This document shows positions 27,239 to 38,892 of a DNA stretch of 64,000 nucleotides, one piece after another. The DNA lies in the NCBI RefSeq assembly GCF_039541115.1, contig NZ_BAABFP010000007.1:124001-188000 (forward strand), read 5' to 3'. Each line of letters opens with the position of its first letter. Position 1 is the stretch's first letter. The position numbers and the translations under genes are program-made. The notes under the pieces are model-generated. The model was given only the letters and a program-made list of their open reading frames with translations, made no database searches and was not told the origin of the DNA. This stretch comes from Angustibacter luteus. GTDB lineage: Bacteria; Actinomycetota; Actinomycetes; Actinomycetales; Angustibacteraceae.

Positions 27239-29410
27239 TCAGCCCAGTGCCTGGGCCAGGCGCTGGCCGACGGCCGGGGCGAGCGACTTGCTGAAGCTCG
27301 CGGTCAGGTGGTGGTGGTCGCGGTAGAGCACGACTCCCTGCTGGGTCACCACCGGGCAGCTGGCGGTCGGGCATACCAGGTCGGTGAGGTCGAGCGTGGA
27401 CACGCGCGGGCTGGCCGCCACCTCGGCGCGCAGCAGCTCGGCGTCGAGGTGCGTGTGCCCGGCCCGAGCGAACGCGCAGGCGGCCGGGTTCGCGGGGTGC
27501 TTGGACAGGCACGTCGGGACGTCGACGCCGGGCCGAGGCGTGTCCTGCAGGACGACCACCCGGGGCACGTCCGGGAGCGCAGCGACCGTGCGTGCCATCC
27601 CGGCCTGCCAGCGTGCACCGAGCTGGCCGGTGGGGACCCGTGCGCCGGACGCCGTCCGGGCGTCCCTCGTGTAGATCATGTACCGGCCGACGAAGACGGC
27701 GTCCAGGCCCTTGATGGCGGCCAGCCGCGTGAGCATGGTGTGCCGCCACGTCGGGCAGTTGGCGTACACCGCCTGCAGCGACGGCGACCAGACGGGCACG
27801 TCGACCGGGGCGCAGGCGCTCTTCGCGAAGTAGTAGAGGGTCCAGCCGTTGTCCTTGGCGGCCTGCACGAAAGCCGGCAACCACTGGGCCGCGTGCGAGT
27901 CACCGATCAGCGCGATGGTCCTGGTGCCGTGCGGTGCGCCGTACCGGCAGGCCGTCGTCGGTGGTACCTGGTCGCGTGGGTAGCCGATGTAGCAGGCGTT
28001 TCCGTTCGGCGGGAAGTCCGCTCGGGCCTCCTGCACGGTCATCGGGCTGGGGGCGGTCGCCGTCGGCCGTCCGGCGCTCGTCGGTGCCGTCGCGGAGGCG
28101 GCAGCCATCGCAGCCGCGGGCGGCGTCGCTGCGGGCACCGCGAGGCCGTACCCGGTGGGGATGGCCTCAACCTGTGCGGCGACGGGCAGGGTCAGCGAGG
28201 CCGCCGCCACCAAGGAGCCGACGACGAGCCCGGCGCCCACGGCTGCGGTCCGCAGCCGGGAGACCCGCAACCACGGCAGGGCGCGGGCCGGCTGCTCGAC
28301 AAGCTGGTGCGACACCACGGCCAGGGCGAGCGAGACCAGCACGACGAGGAGCGTGACCGGGGCGGTCAGCCGCGGGGCGCCGTCATCACTGCCCGCCGGC
28401 ACCGTCCCCCAGCGGGCCGCCACGAGGACCAGGCACGGCCAGTGCCACAGGTACCAGGCGTACGACGTCCGGCCGACGAACCGCAGCGGCGCGATTCGCA
28501 GCAGGCGCGGCACCGCGGCGACGTACATCCGTGCCCCCGACACGACCAGCAGGACGGTCCCCACCACGGGCACCAGCGCGGCGGTGCCAGGGAACGGGGT
28601 CTGCTCGTCCATCACGACCGCGGAGGCCACCACCAGCGCGAGCCCCAGGTAGCCGGCGAGCACCGCGGGGAGCCGACCCAGCCGGGGCAGCGCGGGTCTG
28701 GCCAGCGCGGCACCGGCGCCGGCGGCCAGCTCCCAGGCCCGGGTGTGCAGACCGAAGTACGCGAACGAGCCGTCCCCACCGACCCACCAGGAGACGGCCA
28801 GCGACCCGCCGCCGAGGACGGCGAGCGCGAGCACGATCCGGCGCCGCGCGACGACCCAGCGCCGGGCGGCCAGCCCGCCGGCGCCGGCCACGCAGATCAG
28901 CAGCAGCGGCCAGACCAGGTAGAACTGCTCCTCGACGGCCAGCGACCAGTAGTGCAGCACCGGGCTCTTCGCGGTGTCCGCCATGTACTGCGTGGACTCC
29001 ATCGCGAAGTGCCAGTTGGCGACGCCCAGGGCGGCGCTCGACACGTCCCCGCCGACCGCACCCCGGTCGACGGCCGGCACCAGGAAGAAGGCGGCCGCGG
29101 TGGTGGCGACCAGGACGAGCGCGGACAGCGGCAGCAGGCGACGGATCCGCCGGGCGTAGAAGCCGGACAGTGAGATCCGCCCGGTGCTCTGCAGCTCGTC
29201 GACCAGCAGGCCGGTGATCAGGAACCCGGACAGCACGAAGAAGACGTCGACCCCGACGAACCCGCCGGACACGAAGGGCACGCCGGCGTGGAAGGCCACG
29301 ACGAGACCGACGGCGAGCGCCCGCAGGCCCTCGATGTCACCGCGGTACCGCGGCGACAGCTGGCGCGCTCGTCGCCTCGCGGTACGGCTGGACGGGTCTG
29401 CAGGAGACAT
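27239..29410 (-). CDS. Acyltransferase-3 + SGNH domain O-acyltransferase (OatA/OafA-like)
   Basis: YRGDIEGLRALAV, GVDVFFVLSGFLIT, HYWSLAVEEQFY and SYAWYLWHWP motifs; C-terminal GDSHA...YRDHHH. Start trimmed from the 1679-aa ORF. Confidence 0.92.
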   Translation of the reverse strand: MSPADPSSRTARRRARQLSPRYRGDIEGLRALAVGLVVAFHAGVPFVSGGFVGVDVFFVLSGFLITGLLVDELQSTGRISLSGFYARRIRRLLPLSALVLVATTAAAFFLVPAVDRGAVGGDVSSAALGVANWHFAMESTQYMADTAKSPVLHYWSLAVEEQFYLVWPLLLICVAGAGGLAARRWVVARRRIVLALAVLGGGSLAVSWWVGGDGSFAYFGLHTRAWELAAGAGAALARPALPRLGRLPAVLAGYLGLALVVASAVVMDEQTPFPGTAALVPVVGTVLLVVSGARMYVAAVPRLLRIAPLRFVGRTSYAWYLWHWPCLVLVAARWGTVPAGSDDGAPRLTAPVTLLVVLVSLALAVVSHQLVEQPARALPWLRVSRLRTAAVGAGLVVGSLVAAASLTLPVAAQVEAIPTGYGLAVPAATPPAAAMAAASATAPTSAGRPTATAPSPMTVQEARADFPPNGNACYIGYPRDQVPPTTACRYGAPHGTRTIALIGDSHAAQWLPAFVQAAKDNGWTLYYFAKSACAPVDVPVWSPSLQAVYANCPTWRHTMLTRLAAIKGLDAVFVGRYMIYTRDARTASGARVPTGQLGARWQAGMARTVAALPDVPRVVVLQDTPRPGVDVPTCLSKHPANPAACAFARAGHTHLDAELLRAEVAASPRVSTLDLTDLVCPTASCPVVTQQGVVLYRDHHHLTASFSKSLAPAVGQRLAQALG

Positions 29411-29521
29411 CGAAGTCCATGATGCCCGAGTAGCCCGCCGTATCCCTGTTCGCGCGTGCCGTGGCACGGCGCGGCGCCGGTAGACTGCGTCGACTCCCCG
29501 AACCGGACAGGACGTACCTTC

Positions 29522-31408
<1,887 letters not shown>

Positions 31409-31613
31409 CCGAGCCTGCCGGCCGAAGGCCCCCGCGTCCTGCCCGGAGTGATCAACAACGGCCGGCCGGCGGGGCCGCCGGGGGCAGTCGATGCCCGAGA
31501 TGTCCGATCTCGGGGTGCCCCATTCGTGGTCGAACCAGGTCACGAACGGGTGTCGGCGTAGTCTCGAGCCGAACCCCGACGAAACCTGACGAGCGCACCC
31601 AGGTCGCGGCGCG

Positions 31614-31629
31614 GTCACGATTGGGCAAC
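31614..31629 (+). promoter_or_regulatory. Candidate GlnR/MtrA-type direct-repeat box
   Basis: GTCAC-N6-GCAAC upstream of the peptide ABC operon. Confidence 0.35.
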
Positions 31630-31718
31630 GTAGGCCCTCACGTGTTGCAGCGCTCGTGCCTGGTTGGCATAGAGTCCACACGGCTTGAGAGCGTCCCCCA
31701 CGGAAAGGCACCTTCCCC

Positions 31719-32714
31719 ATGACCATTGCGTCGCAGTCCCTTGACCAGGAGACGCATGTCACTGAGGGTGCCGCCGGCATCGAGGGCCGGTCGCCGTCGC
31801 AGATCGCCTGGGGTCGACTGAAGCGCGACCGCGTGGGAATGATCAGCCTGCTCGTCGTCACGCTGTACGTCGTCATCGCGCTGCTCGCGCCGGTCATCAC
31901 CCGGCTGCTGGGCGTCGACGCGAAGTACCACACCGACCTGATCGGTGACGGCGGCATGCCGAAGGCGTCGTCCTGGCTCAACCAGGGCATCTCCACCACG
32001 CACCTGCTGGGCATCGAGCCCGAGACCGGCCGCGACATCCTCGCCGAGCTCCTGTACGGCAGCCGGGTGTCCCTGCTGGTCGCCTTCTCGGCGACGCTGC
32101 TCACCGTGGTCATCGGCGTCGTCCTCGGCATCGTCGCCGGGTACAGCGGCGGCTGGCTCGACACCCTGCTGGGCCGCACGATGGACCTCATCCTGTGCGT
32201 TCCCCAGCTGGTGCTGCTGATCTCGCTGAGCCCGCTGGTGCTGAACGCGCTGGACAGCCGCTTCGGCATCGACGGCAACTCCGCCCGGTTGATCTACCTG
32301 ATCGCCGTCTTCGGCATCTTCGGCTGGCCGTACCTGGCCCGCATCATCCGCGGCCAGGTGCTGAGCCTGCGGGAGCGGGAGTTCGTCGAGGCCGCGGTCT
32401 CGATCGGGGCCTCGACCCGGCGGATCCTCTTCAAGGAGATCCTCCCGAACCTCTGGGTGCCGATCCTCGTCTACTCCTCGCTGCTGCTGCCGTCGTACAT
32501 CAGTGCGGAGGCCGCGCTGTCGTTCCTGGGCGTCGGCGTCGCGGAGCCGACGGTGACCTGGGGCAACATGCTGTCGAACTCGGTGAAGTACTACCAGGTC
32601 GTGCCGCTGTACCTGTTCATCCCGGGTATGGCGCTGTTCCTGCTGGTGCTCGCGTTCAACCTTCTCGGCGACTCGATCCGAGATGCGCTCGACCCGAGGG
32701 CGGGCCGCTCCTAG
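31719..32714 (+). CDS. Peptide ABC transporter permease (OppC/BldKA-like)
   Basis: HLLGIEPETGRDI, LREREFVEAAVSIGA and FNLLGDSIRDALDP motifs. Confidence 0.93.
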   Translation: MTIASQSLDQETHVTEGAAGIEGRSPSQIAWGRLKRDRVGMISLLVVTLYVVIALLAPVITRLLGVDAKYHTDLIGDGGMPKASSWLNQGISTTHLLGIEPETGRDILAELLYGSRVSLLVAFSATLLTVVIGVVLGIVAGYSGGWLDTLLGRTMDLILCVPQLVLLISLSPLVLNALDSRFGIDGNSARLIYLIAVFGIFGWPYLARIIRGQVLSLREREFVEAAVSIGASTRRILFKEILPNLWVPILVYSSLLLPSYISAEAALSFLGVGVAEPTVTWGNMLSNSVKYYQVVPLYLFIPGMALFLLVLAFNLLGDSIRDALDPRAGRS

Positions 32715-32832
32715 CGGCGAGAGCCCGAACCATCCACAAACTCCCCGGCTACTCGCCGGGAGCGGCCTACCGCACGCGGCGGGCCGGACGGGCCGAGCAA
32801 AAGTCTCGGCTCATCGACCAGGAGGAGAAAAC

Positions 32833-34590
32833 ATGGGCAAGGCCAAGACCGGTCTTCGCTTTGTGGCCCTGGCCTCGGTTGGCGCTTTGGCGCTGGCCGC
32901 GTGCGGCGGGGGCGACGACGGAGACAGTGCAACCGGGTCGAACAACAGCGGCAACAAGGGTGGCACCCTGACCATCCTCACGAACGCTGAGCAGTTCAAC
33001 CACCTCGACCCTCAGCGGAACTACACCGGTGAGGACCTTGCTTTCTCGAGCGCGTACTTCGCTCGCACGCTCACCGCGTACAAGATGAGCCCGAACGGCG
33101 ACGCCGCCGGCCAGCTCGTCGGTGACCTCGCGACGGACACCGGCAAGGCGACCGAAGAGGGCAAGACCTGGGCCTTCACGCTGCGTGACGGCGTCAAGTG
33201 GGAGGACGGCTCGGACGTCACCTGCGCCGACGTCAAGTACGGCGTGTCCCGTACCTTCGCGCAGACCGTCATCACCGACGGTCCGACCTACGCGATCAGC
33301 CTCCTGGACATCCCGAAGGACAAGGACGGCAACTCGACCTACAAGGGCCCGTACGAGACCTCGAAGAACGACACCGGGGCCTTCGACAAGGCTGTCGAGT
33401 GCTCCGCCGACGGCAAGACCATCACCTTCCACCTCGCGAAGCCGGCCGGTGACTTCAACTACACCGTCACCCTCTCCGCGTTCGCTCCGGTGCCGAAGGC
33501 CAAGGACAAGGGCGAGAAGTACGACGACGCCGTCGTCTCGAACGGTCCCTACAAGATCGCCGAGTACACCAAGGGTCAGCAGCTGGTCCTGGAGCGCAAC
33601 ACCAACTGGAGCGCCGCCAGCGACAGCTACCGTCCGGCCCTGCCGGACAAGGTCGTCGTGAAGTTCTCGATCGAGACCACCACGATCGACCAGCGCATGA
33701 TGGCCGACTCGGGCGAGGACCAGACCGCGATCTCGCGTGACAACCTCGACACCGCGTCGCTCACCTCGGTGTTCAACGACGCTCGCTTCGAGTCGCGTCG
33801 GGTCAACGAGTTCGACCCGTACTCGCGCTACATCGCGATCAACGTCAACAAGGTCCCGAACGTCAAGCAGCGTCAGGCGATCGTCGTGGCTGCTGACCGT
33901 GCGGCCATGCGCACCATCTCCGGCGGTGCCTTCGCCGGTGACCTGGCCGACGGTGTCATCAAGCCCAACCTGCCCGCCGACTACGCCAAGTCGGGTATGT
34001 GGGACGGCATGTACGGCGGTCAGGTTCCGGACACCGGCAACCCCGACCTCGCCAAGAAGCTGATCTCCGAGTCGGGTGCTCCGATGCCGACGCTCACCTA
34101 CCAGTACGGCAAGACCCCGGTCGCCGACAAGGCCGCTGCCTCGCTGCAGTCGTCCCTCGCCCGCGCCGGGATCAAGCTGAAGCTGTCGGCTCTGCCCCCG
34201 GGCGAGTACTACTCGATCGTCCAGGACCCGACCAAGGAAGAGGCTCTTGCTTCCGCTGGCTGGGGCCCGGACTGGCTGAACGCCTCCACGGTCATCCCGG
34301 AGCTGTTCACCAAGGCCGGTGGCTTCGACCTCTCCCGTGCGGACGACAAGGCGTTCACCGCCAAGTCCGACGCTGCCAAGGGTGAGACCGACCGCGCCAA
34401 GCAGGGCGACCTGTGGAAGGAGCTCAACAAGGAGGCCATGCAGCAGGCCTGGGTCCTCCCGACCCGGTTCGGCCGCGAGCAGCGCCTTGCTGGCTCCAAG
34501 GTGGGTAACGTCTCCGGTGACGGTGGCAAGGTTTACGTGTGGGCTCCCTACGGCTCCTGGAGCTACGGGGACCTGTACGTCAAGAAGTGA
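32833..34590 (+). CDS. Peptide ABC transporter substrate-binding lipoprotein (family 5, BldKB-like)
   Basis: AGGAGG RBS; lipobox LAAC; HLDPQRNY, TWAFTLRDGVKWEDG and GWGPDW motifs. Confidence 0.93.
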   Translation: MGKAKTGLRFVALASVGALALAACGGGDDGDSATGSNNSGNKGGTLTILTNAEQFNHLDPQRNYTGEDLAFSSAYFARTLTAYKMSPNGDAAGQLVGDLATDTGKATEEGKTWAFTLRDGVKWEDGSDVTCADVKYGVSRTFAQTVITDGPTYAISLLDIPKDKDGNSTYKGPYETSKNDTGAFDKAVECSADGKTITFHLAKPAGDFNYTVTLSAFAPVPKAKDKGEKYDDAVVSNGPYKIAEYTKGQQLVLERNTNWSAASDSYRPALPDKVVVKFSIETTTIDQRMMADSGEDQTAISRDNLDTASLTSVFNDARFESRRVNEFDPYSRYIAINVNKVPNVKQRQAIVVAADRAAMRTISGGAFAGDLADGVIKPNLPADYAKSGMWDGMYGGQVPDTGNPDLAKKLISESGAPMPTLTYQYGKTPVADKAAASLQSSLARAGIKLKLSALPPGEYYSIVQDPTKEEALASAGWGPDWLNASTVIPELFTKAGGFDLSRADDKAFTAKSDAAKGETDRAKQGDLWKELNKEAMQQAWVLPTRFGREQRLAGSKVGNVSGDGGKVYVWAPYGSWSYGDLYVKK

Positions 34591-34651
34591 TCTTCAGCTC
34601 CTGAGCTGAAAGGCTCCTGAGCCGAGACCGCTTCACCGTTCGACCAGGTTT

Positions 34652-34682
34652 CCGGGGGCGGGTGCAACCCACCCGCCCCCGG
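34652..34682 (+). terminator. Strong stem-loop after the binding-protein gene (partial terminator or mRNA-stabilising hairpin)
   Basis: Perfect 13-bp arms ccgggggcgggtg / cacccgcccccgg with a 5-nt loop. Confidence 0.7.
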
Positions 34683-34737
34683 GGACCGGACCGGGCCACG
34701 CGCCCGGTTTACCGCTGCCCAGAATCCGGAGGCTTCC

Positions 34738-35727
34738 ATGGGGACCTACATCATCCGACGACTGATCGCGATGATCCTCATGCTGATCGCGTTGAGCATG
34801 CTCGTCTTCGGGATCTTCACGATCCTGCCGGCCGACCCCGCCTCGCTCACCTGCGGCAAGTCGTGCAACGCGCAGGTCATCGCCCAGAACCGCATCCGGC
34901 TCGGGTACGACAAGCCGATCTACGAGCAGTACCTGAAGTTCGTGAAGGGCATCTTCGTCGGCCGTACGTACGGCACCGGCGCGGTGGCCTTCGAGTGCCC
35001 GGCGCCGAGCCTGGGCTACTCCTTCACCAAGCAGGCCTGCGTCACCGACCTCATCAAGACCCGTCTGCCGGTCACCGCCACCGAGGCCGTCGGCGCGTGC
35101 ATCCTCTGGCTGATCACCGGCGTCTCCGTCGGCATCCTCGCCGCCCTCAAACGAGGTCGATGGCAGGACAGAGCAGCCACCGGTGCGGCACTGATCGGGT
35201 ACTCGTTCCCGACGTTCTTCATCGGCCTCGTCCTGCAGTACTTCGTCTTCTTCAAGTTCCAGATCATGGACTACGCCGCCTACACCCCCTTCGCGGACGA
35301 CCCCACGGCCTGGTTCAAGTCCTTCATCCTGCCGTGGATCACCTTGGCGCTGGTGTTCGCCGCGTTCTACTCGCGGCTCACCCGCAACCAGATGCTCGAG
35401 ACCCTGGGTGAGGACTACATCCGGACCGCGCGGGCCAAGGGTCTGACCGAGCGCGTCGTCATCGGCAAGCACGCCCTGCGGTCGGGCCTGACGCCGATCG
35501 TCACGGCCGCCGGCCTCGACCTGGCCACGCTGCTGGGCGGTGTGGTCATCACCGAGCAGATCTTCGGCCTCCCCGGCCTGGGCAAGCTGTCGCTCGACGC
35601 GGCGGTCACGTCCGACCTGCCCCTGATTGTCGGGATGGTCCTGCTCGCATCCACCTTCGTCATCGTGGCCAACCTCGTCGTGGACTTGCTCTACGCGGTG
35701 ATCGACCCGAGAGTGAGACTGTCATGA
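34738..35727 (+). CDS. Peptide ABC transporter permease (OppB/BldKC-like)
   Basis: YIIRRL, EDYIRTARAKGL, HALRSGL and NLVVDLLYAVIDPRVR motifs. Confidence 0.93.
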   Translation: MGTYIIRRLIAMILMLIALSMLVFGIFTILPADPASLTCGKSCNAQVIAQNRIRLGYDKPIYEQYLKFVKGIFVGRTYGTGAVAFECPAPSLGYSFTKQACVTDLIKTRLPVTATEAVGACILWLITGVSVGILAALKRGRWQDRAATGAALIGYSFPTFFIGLVLQYFVFFKFQIMDYAAYTPFADDPTAWFKSFILPWITLALVFAAFYSRLTRNQMLETLGEDYIRTARAKGLTERVVIGKHALRSGLTPIVTAAGLDLATLLGGVVITEQIFGLPGLGKLSLDAAVTSDLPLIVGMVLLASTFVIVANLVVDLLYAVIDPRVRLS

Positions 35728-36766
35728 GCGCCTTCTTGGAGGTCGAGGACCTCAACGTCCGGTTCACGACGGAGGACGGCGTCGTCCGCGCCGTGGACGG
35801 CGTCACCTTCGACGTCGACAAGGGTCGGACGCTGGCCATCGTCGGCGAGTCCGGCTCCGGCAAGAGTGTGACCAGCGCGGCCATCATGGGCCTGCACAAC
35901 CCCCGGCGGACCCACGTCAGCGGTTCGATCCGCTTGGACGGCGAGGAGATCGTCACCGCCAGCCCCGAGCGCCTGCGCGAGCTGCGTGGCAAGCGGATGG
36001 CGATGATCTTCCAGGACCCGCTGAGCTCGCTGCACCCGTTCTTCACGATCGGTTCGCAGCTGGTCGAGGCCGTCCAGGTGCACCGGGACATCAACAAGTC
36101 CGATGCCAAGAAGCGCGCCGTCGAGCTGCTCAAGAAGGTCGGCATCCCGAACGCCGAGCGCCGCGCGGGCGAGTTCCCGCACCAGCTCTCGGGCGGCATG
36201 CGCCAACGCGTGATGATCGCGATGGCGCTGATCAACGACCCGGACCTGCTGATCGCGGACGAGCCGACCACGGCGCTCGACGTGACGGTCCAGGCGCAGA
36301 TCATCGAGCTGCTCAAGAGCCTGCAGAGCGAGTTCGGCACCGCGATCATCCTGATCACCCACGACCTGGGCGTCGTCGCCGAGACCGCCGACGACGTGGC
36401 CGTCATGTACGGCGCGCGGGTGGTCGAGCGCGGCACGGTGCGGGACATCTTCTACCGTCCGCAGATGCCCTACACCTGGGGCTTGCTCAGCTCACTGCCC
36501 CGGCTGGACGAGGCGGGTGGGGGACGGCTGTCGCCCATCCCCGGCCAGCCGCCGTCGCTGATCAACCTCCCGCAGGGCTGCGTGTTCCGTCCTCGCTGCC
36601 AGTACCACCAGTTCGTCACCGACGGCCGCTGCGACACCGTGCGACCGGTGCTCGACGAGGTCGCCGAGGGCCACTCCGCTCGCTGCCACCTGTCCGCGCC
36701 GGACAAGCAGCGCCTCGCGGCCGAGCGGCTCGCCTCCGTGGCGCCCAACACGCAGAAGGAGGGCGC

Positions 36767-36770
<4 letters not shown>
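35724..36770 (+). CDS. Peptide ABC transporter ATP-binding protein (OppD-like)
   Basis: GESGSGKS, LSGGMRQR and ADEPTTALD motifs; Cys-rich C-terminus. Confidence 0.94.
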
Positions 36771-37785
<1,015 letters not shown>

Positions 37786-37789
<4 letters not shown>

Positions 37790-38754
37790 CGGCCGACTAC
37801 CCGATCGAGGAGGAGCCGGTGGTGGGCGAGGAGCCCGGCCGCCGGCTCCTGCTCGTGCACGCCCACCCGGACGACGAGACGTTGACCACGGGCGTCACGA
37901 TGGCGCGCTACGCCGCCGAGGGAGTGGGCGTCACGCTGGTCACCTGCACCCTCGGCGATGAGGGCGAGGTGATCCCCGCCGAGCTGCGCCACCTCGCCAG
38001 CGACCGCGACGACACGCTCGGCGCGCACCGGGCGGGCGAGCTGGTCCGGGCCATGGCCGCCCTCGGCGTCCCGGACCACCGACTGCTCGGGGATGGGCGC
38101 TGGCGCGACTCGGGGATGGTCTGGCTGGCTCCCGGGGTGGCCGGGGTCGCCGGCGACGTGCACCCCGACGCGTTCGCCCTCGCCGACCTCGACGAGGCCG
38201 CCGGCCTGCTCGCCGACGTCCTCCGGGAGGTCCGCCCCCAGGTCGTGGTGACCTACGACCCGGACGGCGGGTACGGCCACCCGGACCACGTGATGGCCCA
38301 CCGGGTGACCATGCGGGCGGTCGAGCTCGCCGCGGACGACGGGGCCCGCCCCGGGTGGCAGGTGCTCGCCGTGCACTGGGTGCAGGTCGCCACGTCGTGG
38401 GCCCGCGCGGAGCGTCGCGCGGTGCTGGCCGCCGCGCAGGACGGCCGGCTGCCGGCCGGCATGCTCCCCCCGGACTACGCCGAGCACCCGCCGGCCGTGG
38501 TCGACGACGACCTGCTGGACGTGGTCGTGGAGGCCCCGGAGCACCTGCCTGCGGTGACGGCGGCCCTCGAGGCCCACGCCACCCAGGTGGTGGTGCGCCC
38601 GCCGTGGTTCGCGCTGTCGAACGACGTCGCGCAGCGGCTATCCGCGCGTGAGGGCTTCCGCCGGGTCCGGGGACCGCGAGCGACGATCGCCGAGAGCAGC
38701 GTCGCCGGACCGGCCGACGACCTGTTCGCCGGCCTGGGCCTGCCGCAGCGCTGA
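37786..38754 (+). CDS. mshB: GlcNAc-Ins deacetylase (mycothiol biosynthesis)
   Basis: LVHAHPDDE, VTCTLGDEGEVI, WRDSGM, YDPDGGYGHPDH, AHATQ and FALSN motifs. Confidence 0.88.
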
Positions 38755-38892
38755 CTGGGGCCTGATCGCACGTCACGCTCGGTGAGCGAACCGACCCCAT
38801 GCGGGTGAGCGGGCGCGCCAACCGCCCTCCGATGGGCGAGGCTGGCCCTCTCACCGTGCTGGACAGTCAGCGCGCGGACGAAGGGGCTGGCC

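Noticed and set aside
19330..29520. Integrative element inserted at the ychF 3' end
   Set aside because: No integrase or transposase, and no convincing duplication of the ychF 3' end; only a 7-bp cttcaac match near 21910.
32833..34590. Atypical codon usage as evidence of horizontal transfer
   Set aside because: The gene sits in an intact syntenic operon; the bias toward GGT/GCT/CGT fits high expression better.
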